Assembly: GCA_963822445.1 (NCBI GenBank) | Contig: CAWGHO010000002.1 | Coordinates: 2,240,001 to 2,304,000, forward strand | Length of the DNA: 64,000 nt | Reading direction: 5' to 3' | DNA from: an uncultured Acidobacteriota bacterium | Lineage (GTDB): Bacteria; Acidobacteriota; Thermoanaerobaculia; Gp7-AA8 | Part shown: positions 29,314 to 39,111 of the stretch, in pieces | How the letters are laid out: each line of letters starts with the position of its first letter | How positions within the stretch are numbered: the stretch's first letter is position 1 | Made by a program: the position numbers and the translations under genes | Notes under the pieces: model-generated | The model's input: the letters and a program-made list of their open reading frames with translations, nothing else | Database searches by the model: none | Told to the model about the DNA's origin: nothing

Positions 29314-32310
29314 TCAGCGCTGGACTTTGCCGAGTTGCCGGTCGAGATACGCGGTGATCAGCTGCCGGACGACGTCGAGCGGTGGGATGTGTCCGGAATC
29401 GACGATCACGATCTCCTTCGGCTCCGGCATCAGCTCGTACAGCGGCAGGGCCTCGGTCTGCAGCGGATGGACCTCGTCCCAGCGGCCGTGAAGCATGAGC
29501 TTCGGCGCGTTCATGCGCGGTGCGAAATTCTTCCGGTTCGCTTTGGGATTCGTGTCTCTCGCCTCATCGGGAGGCATGCCCACGCCCATGAAGGTGACAC
29601 AGCGGTATCGATTCTCCAGCGCGGCCATGACGATGCCGAGATGGGCGCCCGCGCTGGGACCGAAGTAGGCGATGCGCTGCCTGTCGATCTCCGGCCGGGT
29701 CACGAGGTAGTCGACGCCGCGGCGGAAGTCGATCGTCTGCTCTTGCATGAAATCCGCGTACTCCTCGGACGCACCTGCAGGAAAGCCGACCCGGCCCGAC
29801 GGGCGGCCGATGTAGCCGCGCAACACCACGCCGAAGACGGCCCGTCCGCCGCGCAGGAAGGGCGTGAGCATCGCTTCCATCGCCGCGTCCAGCGATCGCC
29901 GTCCAACGGCAACGTCGGTTGCCGGAACGAAGTGGATCACCTGATACGGAGGCTTCGCATTTTTCGGCAGGTAGAGATGGGCGAAGGCGCGGCCTTGCGC
30001 GCCGTCAAACTCGATCTTCTGCATCGTCCACGACTCGCCCTCGCGCTTTTCGACGATGCGCGCGTTCAGCGGAGCGGGGGAGTAGTCGTAAAAGCGGCGG
30101 ATCTTCGTGAACTCCGCGTCGCTGACGGGATCGAGCTTGACCACGCTGTCGCTGCGCGAGATCGCGTAGCCGCCCTGATCGCCTTTTCCGCCGGCCGGCC
30201 GCGAGCAGCGGAAGCCGATCTGCGAGCTGCTGTGCATCGGCGGATACGAGCCGAAGTTGCCGAAGCTGTAGGTCGGCGAGTTGAAGTCGCCGCCGGTCAG
30301 CATCATGCCGTCGCCGTACTGATTGAGACACCACTCCGCAACGTTGCCGGCCATGTGATGCGCGCCGTACGCGCTCATGCCCGATGGCAGCGACTGCACG
30401 GGCATCGTGCCGCTGCCGCGGAAGTTCGCGCGGCTGGCGATGTCCGCGCCCGGCGGCGCGACGCCCCAGGGATACATCAGCCCGAACGCCGAGAAGGAGC
30501 CATCGCGCGCGGCCTTGTCCCATTCGAAGATCGTCGGCAGACGCTTGCCTCGAAACTCGGCGTACGCCGCCGCTTCGTACCAGCTCACGTCGGTGACCGG
30601 GTATTCGTCCCGACCCTCGGGATAGTTCTGATCCATCCACCGCCGCGGCGCCGGCATCCCGGATGCGTCCTTCAACTCGAGCATGGCCTCGTCGAAGGTC
30701 AGCGTCTTGCCGTCCTCGAGGAACGGATGCTTCCAGAGCTCGCGGCGTTCATAGCCGCCGGCGCGGATGAATTCGGCGAACTCGCGATTCGTGACCTCGA
30801 ACTGGTCGATGTAGAAATCGTCCAGCGTAACGGCTGCGTTCGTCGGACGGCTCCAAGCAGCGATGCGATAGCGGCCGCCTGCGACACGGACCATGCCTTT
30901 CGGCACGTCTTTCATGGGCGTCAGCTTCAGATCGAGCGGCACGGGACGCGGCGGGAGCCACGTCCATTCGAGCGGGATCGGTGAGAGCGCGATCGTGCGC
31001 GCGAGCGGCGCGAACCCTTCTTTTTCGACGCGAATGACGTAGTCGCCGAGGGCAATCGGGTGTTTGGCGAGCGGTGTCGTTCCGGCGAGTGTCCGCGCGG
31101 TCGTCGTGCCATTCGCACTGACCCGTTCGAGAAAGACCTGTGCTCCCGCGGGCTCGCTTTTCACATCGAGCGGCACGCTGATCGAGCCGCGAACTCGGGC
31201 GATGACGGGATCGTCGCCGAGGTCTTCATGCAGCGCATCGGCGAGATCCCACGCGGCGAAGTAGTTCCGTTCTTCAGCGAGCTTCTCGAGTTGCGGCAGC
31301 TTCGCGCGCGCCTCACGCACGGCACGCGCGCGATTCGCGTAAACGGATCCGATGGCGATCGCGGCGAGGATCGCCACGGCCACGGCGATCCACTTCCACG
31401 GCAGGCGCCGCGACCCGGACACCTTCTGCGTTACGACCTCGGTCGGCAGGTCGCCGGAACGAATCCGCTTCGTCTCATCGCGGGCCTGCTTGAGCGCCTC
31501 GGCCATCTCCCGCGCCGTGGGGTAACGCTCGTCGCGCTTTTTGGACAGCGCTTTCACGATGATCGCGCGAACACTCGGAGGCAGCGCCGCATCGAGCGCC
31601 GGCGGGTCCTCGGTGAGGATCGACGCGATCACTCCGCTCGGCGACGACGCTTCGAACGGCCGTCTGCCCGTGACCATCTCGTAAAGCACGACGCCGAGGC
31701 TGAAGACGTCGCTGCGCGCGTCGATGTCGTCCGTGCGCAGCTGCTCGGGCGACATGTATTGCATCGTTCCCATGACCAGGCCCGGCGCGGTGTGCACGAC
31801 CATCGTCGGCGTCTCGCTGCCTGCCGGTGGCGCGGTGAGCTTGGCCAGCCCGAAGTCGAGCACCTTCACGTAGCCATCGGGCCGGATCATCACGTTCTCC
31901 GGCTTGATGTCGCGGTGGATGATGCCGTGGGCATGCGCGCTGCCGAGTGCCGCGGCGATCTGGACGCCGAGCTCCAATGACTCGGCCAGCGTCAGAGGCT
32001 CGCCGCTCATCCGCGCGCGCAACGTTTCGCCCTCGACGTACTCCATGGCGATGAAGCGCACGCCGTTTTCCTCACCGACGTCGTACACATGCGCGACGTT
32101 CGGGTGATTGAGAGCGATGGCCGCGCGCGCTTCCTGGATGAAGCGGCGGATGCGATCGCCGTCATCATCGGGCGCGTCGGACAGAACTTTCAGCGCCACG
32201 GTGCGATCGAGCTCGACGTCGCGCGCGAGGTACACCTCGCCCATGCCACCCGCGCCGAGGGGAGCGGTGACCTCGTACCGCCGAACGCGCGTGCCGGAGG
32301 AGATCAGCAT
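29314..32310 (-). CDS. Ser/Thr kinase - TM - FGE/sulfatase-modifying domain - alpha/beta hydrolase
   Basis: GAGGMGEV, VALK, HRDIKPEN, DFG, MSPE; TM; EVTNREF, RLPTIFEW, MAGNVAEW, IGFRC; GPSAG..WDE..SGHI. Confidence 0.88.
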   Translation of the reverse strand: MLISSGTRVRRYEVTAPLGAGGMGEVYLARDVELDRTVALKVLSDAPDDDGDRIRRFIQEARAAIALNHPNVAHVYDVGEENGVRFIAMEYVEGETLRARMSGEPLTLAESLELGVQIAAALGSAHAHGIIHRDIKPENVMIRPDGYVKVLDFGLAKLTAPPAGSETPTMVVHTAPGLVMGTMQYMSPEQLRTDDIDARSDVFSLGVVLYEMVTGRRPFEASSPSGVIASILTEDPPALDAALPPSVRAIIVKALSKKRDERYPTAREMAEALKQARDETKRIRSGDLPTEVVTQKVSGSRRLPWKWIAVAVAILAAIAIGSVYANRARAVREARAKLPQLEKLAEERNYFAAWDLADALHEDLGDDPVIARVRGSISVPLDVKSEPAGAQVFLERVSANGTTTARTLAGTTPLAKHPIALGDYVIRVEKEGFAPLARTIALSPIPLEWTWLPPRPVPLDLKLTPMKDVPKGMVRVAGGRYRIAAWSRPTNAAVTLDDFYIDQFEVTNREFAEFIRAGGYERRELWKHPFLEDGKTLTFDEAMLELKDASGMPAPRRWMDQNYPEGRDEYPVTDVSWYEAAAYAEFRGKRLPTIFEWDKAARDGSFSAFGLMYPWGVAPPGADIASRANFRGSGTMPVQSLPSGMSAYGAHHMAGNVAEWCLNQYGDGMMLTGGDFNSPTYSFGNFGSYPPMHSSSQIGFRCSRPAGGKGDQGGYAISRSDSVVKLDPVSDAEFTKIRRFYDYSPAPLNARIVEKREGESWTMQKIEFDGAQGRAFAHLYLPKNAKPPYQVIHFVPATDVAVGRRSLDAAMEAMLTPFLRGGRAVFGVVLRGYIGRPSGRVGFPAGASEEYADFMQEQTIDFRRGVDYLVTRPEIDRQRIAYFGPSAGAHLGIVMAALENRYRCVTFMGVGMPPDEARDTNPKANRKNFAPRMNAPKLMLHGRWDEVHPLQTEALPLYELMPEPKEIVIVDSGHIPPLDVVRQLITAYLDRQLGKVQR

Positions 32311-32401
32311 TTGTGGCTGAAAGACGAATTCTACCGCGACGCAATCAACGAAAAAGCGGTATCGTTCCGCGTCCTTGATCCCGTCCACATCCGTTCCAGT
32401 G

Positions 32402-33229
32402 ATGCTCAGCCGCGACAACGGCGAGGGATTTCCGGCGGTCTCGTTCGGCACGCGCGTTCCCGGCGCGCTCTACGTTCCGCTGCGCCAGCTCGGCCCTGAT
32501 TCGCTGATGGAGTTGTGGCCGCAGGCCGCCGGCGAGTTGCTTTTCGGTGCGGTGAGTCTCGAGGAAAGCGATTCGATCGAGTCGCTGACGCGCGCCGCGT
32601 ACGCGCGAATCATCGAGGAAGTGCGCGCCGCCGGGTATCCGTACTTCTTGCGGATGTGGAATCACGTCGGCGGCATCAACGAGCTCGAGGAAGGCGGCGA
32701 GCGCTATCAGCTCTTCTGCGCCGGCCGTCACGACGCGTTCGTCTCCGCCGGCTATCACCACGGCGCGGACCTTCCCGCGGCGAGCGCCGTCGGGTCGCTG
32801 GGCCGCGGGCTGGTGATCTACTTTCTCGCCGCGCGCGAGCCCGGCGTGCAGGTCGAGAATCCGCGGCAGATCAGCGCTTACGACTATCCGCCGCAGTACG
32901 GACCGAAGAGCCCTTCATTCTCGCGGCTCACGGTGTGGGGGGACACGGTGTTCGTCTCCGGCACGTCGAGCGTCATCGGCCACGCGACCGTTCATCACGG
33001 CGACGTGGCCGCGCAACTCGAAGAAACGCTGCGCAACATGGACACCGTCCTGGCGCGCTGCGGGAAGACGTTGAACGACGTCGTCGCCGCGAAGACGTAC
33101 ATTCGCCACGCCGCCGACTACGACCTCGTGGCCCGCCATCTGCAGCGGGTTTTCCCCGCGAATCTCTATCTCGAGGCGGACATATGCCGCAGGGACCTGC
33201 TGATCGAAATCGAAGCCGTGGCGCGCTGA
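32402..33229 (+). CDS. FkbO/Hyg5/XanB2-family chorismatase
   Basis: LRMWNHVGGIN, ERYQLFCAGR, PAASAVG, ENPRQISAY.YP..YGPKSPSFSR, VSGTSS, DICRRDLLIEIE. Confidence 0.82.
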   Translation: MLSRDNGEGFPAVSFGTRVPGALYVPLRQLGPDSLMELWPQAAGELLFGAVSLEESDSIESLTRAAYARIIEEVRAAGYPYFLRMWNHVGGINELEEGGERYQLFCAGRHDAFVSAGYHHGADLPAASAVGSLGRGLVIYFLAAREPGVQVENPRQISAYDYPPQYGPKSPSFSRLTVWGDTVFVSGTSSVIGHATVHHGDVAAQLEETLRNMDTVLARCGKTLNDVVAAKTYIRHAADYDLVARHLQRVFPANLYLEADICRRDLLIEIEAVAR

Positions 33230-33232
33230 TAC

Positions 33233-33354
33233 ACCCCTCATCCGCCTTCGGCACCTTCTCCCCTCGTGGAGGGGAGAAGGGTCTCGACGCACGCTCCTCT
33301 CGAGCGTCCTTCTCCCCGCTTGCGGGGAGAAGGTGCCGAAGGCGGATGAGGGGT
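33233..33354. repeat. ~120-bp palindromic interspersed element (CCCCTCATCCGCCTTCGGCACCTTCTCCCC family)
   Basis: 31-bp terminal inverted repeats with internal hairpins; second copy at 51236. Confidence 0.85.
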
Positions 33355-34890
33355 CCCTCGGCGATCCTGCTCGTCTTCTGCTTTCTGGCCCTGCCGCTCT
33401 TCGCGCAGGACGCGGCGTCAGTCGCGTTGCTCGTGTCCGACCCGAACCTCGACGGACTCGGCGCCGCACTGAAATCGACCGACGCGCTGACCCGCGCCGC
33501 GGCAGCTCGCGTGGCTCTCGTTCGGAACGTCGACGCGCTCCTTCCGCAATTACGCGAGGCGTTGGCCGCGGAGAAGGACGCTGCCGCCGCGCGTGAAGCG
33601 ATGCGCGCGCTGGTGATTCTCGGCACCGACGAAGACGTCGCATTCGCCGCCTCCCATCGGTCGCGGTTCCCGGCGTCAATCGACGGCGATTTTGCGGAAG
33701 CAGTCGGCCGCATCGGCGCACCGCGCGCGGTCTCGCTCTATCTGCAGCACGTCGCTGGCTCGCGCGACCCGGCGCCGGCCATCGACCTCACGCTCTGGGG
33801 CCGCACGTCGATGGCGAGCGGTACCGCATCACGCTTGATGGGCGCAGGCGAGTCACATGCGTTCGGTGCGCTGATGCGCAACGCCGCCGAGGCGAAGGTC
33901 ATCCTCGAGCCGGGAATCCTGATCGCCGCCCTCGGATCGAAGATTCCCGAGATTGCCGACGATGCGATCTGGTATCTGGTCGACGTTTACGCGGCCGATC
34001 CGACGCAGCTGCCCGAGGTGTTGCGCGAACCTGCCACGGCGACGCGGGAAGGTGCCTCGCCGAGCGAGGCCTTCGGGCGCGAGATCTTGCGGCGGATGCT
34101 GGGCGCGAAGTTCGTCGAGCAGAAGGAGCATGTGGCGTGGCTTCGTGAGTCGCAAGCCGTTCCGCGCTCGAAGGACGTTCAGCGCTTCCTGACGCTCGGC
34201 GAACTGGCCGCGCTCGATATCGATCTCCCGCGGAATCCCGACAGCTCCCATCAGGTGATGGCGGTCCGCAAGCCGGAGTTCATGCTTCCGATCGCGCTCC
34301 CCGTGGGATTGGCCGAGGCGATTTTGAAGAAGACGAAGTGCAGCGACGCCTGGATCGGCGTGGTCAAGACATCGGTCGACCGCGCCGGCCGCGTGCAGAC
34401 CCTCAGCCTCGGCGGCGTCGGCGCGCGCGGCGGCTGCAGGAAGGCACTCGAGGCGATGCTTCGGCTTTCACTCGCCGATCCGGTGACGATCACGTCGCCG
34501 CTCGAGACGACGAATCTCCTGGTGGTGAAGCCACGGGGCCGGTCGGTTTGCTTCGATGATGATCCGATCGCCGATGAGGTGTCGCCGCGCCCCCTGATGC
34601 GAGTCGGGAACGAGGTCAAGGCGCCGAAGGTCGTGCACCGCCAGGAGCCTGTTTTCCCGAAGAATGCGCGGGAGGCCATGATGGGCGGCAACGTGGTGAT
34701 CATCGCCGAGTCGATCATCACCAAGCGCGGGTGCGTTCGCGATGTCTATCTCGTGCAGCAGTCGCCATTCCCGGACCTGAATACCGCGGCGGTTTTCGCG
34801 CTGTCGCAGTGGAAGTTCAAACCGGGCACGCTCAACGGCAAGCCGGTCGACGTGATCTTCTACCTCTCGGTGAACTTCAAGACGAACTGA
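33346..34890 (+). CDS. Secreted protein with HEAT-like N-terminus and TonB C-terminal domain
   Basis: Signal peptide ..LALPLFA; C-terminal RVGNEVKAP..EPVFP..AVFALSQWKFKPG.LNGKPVDV. Confidence 0.75.
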   Translation: MRGPSAILLVFCFLALPLFAQDAASVALLVSDPNLDGLGAALKSTDALTRAAAARVALVRNVDALLPQLREALAAEKDAAAAREAMRALVILGTDEDVAFAASHRSRFPASIDGDFAEAVGRIGAPRAVSLYLQHVAGSRDPAPAIDLTLWGRTSMASGTASRLMGAGESHAFGALMRNAAEAKVILEPGILIAALGSKIPEIADDAIWYLVDVYAADPTQLPEVLREPATATREGASPSEAFGREILRRMLGAKFVEQKEHVAWLRESQAVPRSKDVQRFLTLGELAALDIDLPRNPDSSHQVMAVRKPEFMLPIALPVGLAEAILKKTKCSDAWIGVVKTSVDRAGRVQTLSLGGVGARGGCRKALEAMLRLSLADPVTITSPLETTNLLVVKPRGRSVCFDDDPIADEVSPRPLMRVGNEVKAPKVVHRQEPVFPKNAREAMMGGNVVIIAESIITKRGCVRDVYLVQQSPFPDLNTAAVFALSQWKFKPGTLNGKPVDVIFYLSVNFKTN

Positions 34891-36239
34891 CGGCGGCGTC
34901 GGTGATCTCCAGCGCCTGATCGATCACCGCGAACGCCTCGTTGAGCTGCTCCTCGGTGATGCACAGCGGCGGATTCGTGAAGAGGTTGTTCCAGTTCACG
35001 AAGGCGTAGATGCCGTTCTGCTTGAGGAAGGCGCCGAGCTTCTGCATCTCCGGGCTGGTTCCGTTGAACGGGGCCATCGGCTCTTTCGTCTCGCGGTTGC
35101 GCACGAGCTCGAGGACGCCGAAGAGGCCGATCGAGCGGACGTCGCCGACGGAAGGGTGCTTCTCTTTCATCTCCGCGTGAAGCCGCGCGAGCACGCGTCC
35201 CATGCGCTGGGTGTGGCCCATCGTGTCGTCGTCGATCATCACCTGCACGCACGCTTCCGCGGCGGCGAGGCTCATCGGATGCGCGTTGTAGGTGAGGCCC
35301 CCGTAGATAGACGTTGCGGTCGAAGTAGGAGGCGATGCTCTGACTCACTGCGACCGCGCCGAGGGGCAGGTACGCGGAGGTGAGGCCCTTGGCCATGGTG
35401 ATGATGTCCGGGACGACGTTCCAGTGGTCGGCGGCGAACCAGCGGCCGGTTCTGCCGAGACCGCACATGACTTCGTCGCAGACGAGAAGGATTCCGTGGC
35501 GGCTGCAGATCTCGCGGAGACCCTGCAGATAGCCATCCGGCGGCACGATCAGGCCGTTCGTGCCGGTAACGGTCTCGATGAACATCGCCGCGATGGTGTG
35601 TCCTCCCTCGTAGGCGATGATCTCTTCGACCTGCTCGAGACAACGCTGGGTGAACGTCTCGTCGCTGTCGCCTTCGCGATAGAGATGGCTCCGGTATTTG
35701 TACGGATCGAAGAAGCGCACGACGCCGGGGATGCCGGGCTCGTTCGCCCAGCGCCGCGGATCGCCGGTCAGGGAGATGCCGCCCGCGGTGGCGCCGTGGT
35801 ACGAGCGATAGCGGGCCATGATCTTGTGACGGCCCGTGACCATCCGCGCCATCCGGATCGCGTTCTCATTCGCCTCGGCACCGCCGAGGGTGAAGAAGAA
35901 ATGATTGAGATCGCCCGGCGTGAATTGCGCGAGCATCTTTCCGAAGCGCGCGCGAACCGGCGTGGCCATGCCCGGGCCCGCGTAAACCAGCTCGTCGGCC
36001 TGCCGCTTGATGGCCTCGATGACCCGCTTGTCGCCATGGCCGATGTTCACGCACATGAGCTGCGAGTTCATGTCGACGTACCGCTTGCCGTCGGCATCCC
36101 AGAAGTAGATGCCCTCGCCGCGAACCATGGGGATGGGATTGACTGCGCCCTGCGCCGACCAGGAAAAGAGCGTGTGCTGCTTCGTCAGCGCGACGATCTC
36201 TTCCGCGGTCATGGGGGCGGTGGTGTCGGTGGTGGTCAT
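34877..36239 (-). CDS. Class III aminotransferase (beta-alanine/taurine:pyruvate type); frameshift near 35305
   Basis: GEGIYFWD, SQLMCVNIGH, GGAEANENA, RSYHG, DEVMCG, MAKGLTS (PLP Lys), VGDVRSIGLF. Confidence 0.9.
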
Positions 36240-36251
36240 TTCGTTTCTCCT

Positions 36252-36343
36252 GGGTTACGGGGTTACGAGGTTACGGGGTTACGAGGAGGATCCGTCATGG
36301 AGCGCGACACCCCGTAACCCCGTAACCTCGTAACCCCGTAACC
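36252..36343. repeat. Inverted array of 8-bp GTTACGRG units
   Basis: Four units per arm, same family as 16769 and 27827. Confidence 0.85.
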
Positions 36344-36349
36344 GAGAGC

Positions 36350-37480
36350 TCAGGATGACACTGGCTGCGGCGCCGCGTAGCCCTCGACGTCCTCCGTGTA
36401 CCCGCCGTGATATTCGAGCTGTTCCGGTCGCTTGATCTGCGAGTGCGGGACGATGCGCTCGCGGCGGAGGCCGCGGAAGTCGTCGAGCTTCGTCCAGCCG
36501 CGATGGGCGTTTTTGTCGAGGAAGTCGCTCATGCCCTGCTTGAGGGTCTTGATGACGTTCGGGCCGATGGCGCTGTCGAGCATCGCCGCGGTGCAGACCT
36601 GGACGGTTCCGCAGCCGAGGAGGAAGTAGTTGAGGGCGTGGTCGAAGTTCGAGACGCCGCCGATGCCGGAGAACGACTTGTCCGGGAAAGCGCGGGTCAT
36701 CTGGGCCATCTTGGCCATCGACAGCGGAAGGATGGCCGGTCCGCCGAGTCCACCGGAGGAGCAGAGTCCTTCGACGTTCATCTCGAACTCGAGCGTTTCC
36801 GGATCGATCACCGGAAGCGACGGCCAGGTATTCGAGGAGGCAATCGCGTCCGCGCCGCCGCGGAACGTCGCCTCGGCCTCTTCGGCGATGTTCGACGTGG
36901 CCGGGGTGAGCTTCACCCACACCGGAATCTTCGCCACTTCCTTCACGGCCATGGTCGTGACCGAGCAGAGGACCTTGTCCTTGCCCACGTTCGAGCCCAT
37001 GTCGATGCGGTCCATGTGCGGGCAGGAGAAGTTCAGTTCCAGCCCGTCAGCGCCGGCGTCCTGAACGGCTTTGGCGAGCTGCTGCCAGTTGCGCATCTCC
37101 TGGTCATTTCCCGAGCCGGCCATGATCGAGGCGATGAAGATCTTGTCCGGGTAGGCCTTCTTGATCTTCTCGATGCGGGGCAGCCACCAGTCGATGGCTT
37201 TCTCGGAGATCAGCTCCCAGTTCCACGACGCGACCAGGGTCGTGTCGTTGCGGCGATTCATGGACAGGCGCGTGCCGCTGTTGTCGGCGCGAAGGAACTT
37301 CGTCTTCGGTCCCTTCACGTTGACGACCGGGTGCAGGCCGATGGTCTTGCAGACCACGCCACCCCAGCCGGCGTCGAAGGCACGCATGATGTTCGAATCG
37401 GATTCCGTCGGTGGCGCCGACGCCAGAAGGAACGGATTCTCGAAGCGAAGACCGGTGAATGTGGTCGATAAATCGGCCAT
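36350..37480 (-). CDS. preA: Dihydropyrimidine dehydrogenase FMN subunit PreA-like, lacking the C-terminal ferredoxin domain
   Basis: ENPFLLASAPPT, GWGGVVCKT, NWELIS, ELNFSCPH, WVKLTP, SGIGG, VQVCT. Confidence 0.88.
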   Translation of the reverse strand: MADLSTTFTGLRFENPFLLASAPPTESDSNIMRAFDAGWGGVVCKTIGLHPVVNVKGPKTKFLRADNSGTRLSMNRRNDTTLVASWNWELISEKAIDWWLPRIEKIKKAYPDKIFIASIMAGSGNDQEMRNWQQLAKAVQDAGADGLELNFSCPHMDRIDMGSNVGKDKVLCSVTTMAVKEVAKIPVWVKLTPATSNIAEEAEATFRGGADAIASSNTWPSLPVIDPETLEFEMNVEGLCSSGGLGGPAILPLSMAKMAQMTRAFPDKSFSGIGGVSNFDHALNYFLLGCGTVQVCTAAMLDSAIGPNVIKTLKQGMSDFLDKNAHRGWTKLDDFRGLRRERIVPHSQIKRPEQLEYHGGYTEDVEGYAAPQPVSS

Positions 37481-37545
37481 TGTTGGAGCCCCCCTTTCGC
37501 GGGAAGCGCCGATTATGCGCCCAAAACCGTGTGCTCTGCCACCGG

Positions 37546-39111
37546 TCAGAGGTCGCGTTTCACCTGAAGCTCGATCGCGTCGATGACCAGCCCGGCTTCG
37601 AGGTCGAAATCGCCGAAATCCTCGTCGACGGCCTCGATGACCACATTCAGCTGATGCGTGCCCGTGCCTTCGAATGCGAGGGCCCGGAGCGCGCTGGTGG
37701 CGTCGAACACCCGGTGATCTTCGAACGTCGGGTGATGCTCCTCCCCCGTCGCCTCCTCGGAGAAGAAGCTCATCGTGCCGACGAACGCCCTCCGCGCGGG
37801 GTCGTCGACGCGCTCGAGGTAGATCCGGAAGCGGGCCCCGGGATGGGAGTCGAAGCGGACGCCGCGCAGGATCAGCTCGGTCGCGACGGGCAGGTCCTGC
37901 TGCTCGCGCATGGCGAACTGGCGCGGATGGGACAGCGCGGCCGTGGCCGGCAGCGTGACGCGGACCTTCTCCACCATCGTGTCGACGGCGACGTCGTCCT
38001 GCTGCTCGCCGATCATCACCGGCTGGGCCAGCGCGGCGCGGGCGGTGCGCACAGCGGCCGGTGAGACCGCGGCTGCGCGCGGCGCGGCCGCTTGAGTTCG
38101 CGCGCACTTCGAAGCGCGCTCGTAGACGTAGTCGATGAACGTGCCGTTGAAGAGCACCCGAACGCTGTTCGTCACCTTCGCGCCCTTCGCGTCGACGAAC
38201 GAGAATCGCTTGCCCAGCCACGCATTCGTGTCCGGGTTCTTGTGACCGGTGATGCTGGTCCAGCAATCCCACATCCGGTCGATGTTCGCGTGATGGATGT
38301 AGAAGATCGGATCGTTCGCGGAGTAGGGGACGGCTCCCATTACCGTGGCCCGGCAGCCGATCACCGAGCAGTGCACGTCGCCGTGCGGCTTCACTTCGAT
38401 GCGCCGCTGGTAGCCGGGGATCGTTTTGCCGAGGGAGTTCGGACGGTTGAGGTAGACCGGGTAGTCGAGCGTGAGGTCGATGTTGGTGTCGTTGCCGTCC
38501 AGCATCATCGTGCCTGGTGCTTCCCATCCCGGCGCGCGTCGGGCCTCGAACAATGGGTTGTCGACGGTCTGTCCCTGGGCGTTGGTGTAGGTCGGCGAGG
38601 TGAACTCCGCGGGCATGGCCAGTTGCGCGGGATCGGTGTAGTCCCAATACGGCAGGCGGAGTGAGGGATCGTTGGCCGCGTCCTGCAGGACGAGCTCGAA
38701 GTAGTGGAGGTAGAGGCGGTGCCAGGGGAAGAACCAGTCCGTTCCATGCTGGCACTGTCCCCAGACCGCTTTGGCGATGTCGTCGGGCGGCCTCATATCG
38801 ACCACGCCTGCGAAGTAGGGGTCGTACTTTGCCGCGGTGAGCTTATTGTCCTTGCGCCATTGCGCAACCGTGCCGCGCGGCGACTCCGTGCCGAAGTAGC
38901 CGTGCATGTTCGCCCAGTACTCCCAGCTCGTTCGATACGCGGCCGACGATTTGTCCGCGGTGTTGCGCGACCTCATCGTCGCCACGGCGTTGCGGAAGCT
39001 CTGCACGCGCTGCGGATCCTTCGCGAACTCCTGCCAGCTCAGGCGAGCCGGTTTCTGGGCGAAGGCGGTGAAGGCGAGGAAGAAGATGGCGACTTTGAGG
39101 ACGTGTTTCAT
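37546..39111 (-). CDS. Secreted tyrosinase/polyphenol oxidase with C-terminal shielding domain
   Basis: Signal peptide; WANMHG, CQHGTDWFFPWHR, LPYWDY, PHGDVH, DPIFYIHHANIDRMW. Confidence 0.92.
   Translation of the reverse strand: MKHVLKVAIFFLAFTAFAQKPARLSWQEFAKDPQRVQSFRNAVATMRSRNTADKSSAAYRTSWEYWANMHGYFGTESPRGTVAQWRKDNKLTAAKYDPYFAGVVDMRPPDDIAKAVWGQCQHGTDWFFPWHRLYLHYFELVLQDAANDPSLRLPYWDYTDPAQLAMPAEFTSPTYTNAQGQTVDNPLFEARRAPGWEAPGTMMLDGNDTNIDLTLDYPVYLNRPNSLGKTIPGYQRRIEVKPHGDVHCSVIGCRATVMGAVPYSANDPIFYIHHANIDRMWDCWTSITGHKNPDTNAWLGKRFSFVDAKGAKVTNSVRVLFNGTFIDYVYERASKCARTQAAAPRAAAVSPAAVRTARAALAQPVMIGEQQDDVAVDTMVEKVRVTLPATAALSHPRQFAMREQQDLPVATELILRGVRFDSHPGARFRIYLERVDDPARRAFVGTMSFFSEEATGEEHHPTFEDHRVFDATSALRALAFEGTGTHQLNVVIEAVDEDFGDFDLEAGLVIDAIELQVKRDL

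Noticed and set aside
36350-38755. Apparent long fusions (801-aa preA, 791-aa TonB-C, 968-aa TBDR, 643-aa tyrosinase)
   Set aside because: N-terminal extensions are off-frame readings of neighbouring genes; true starts are internal
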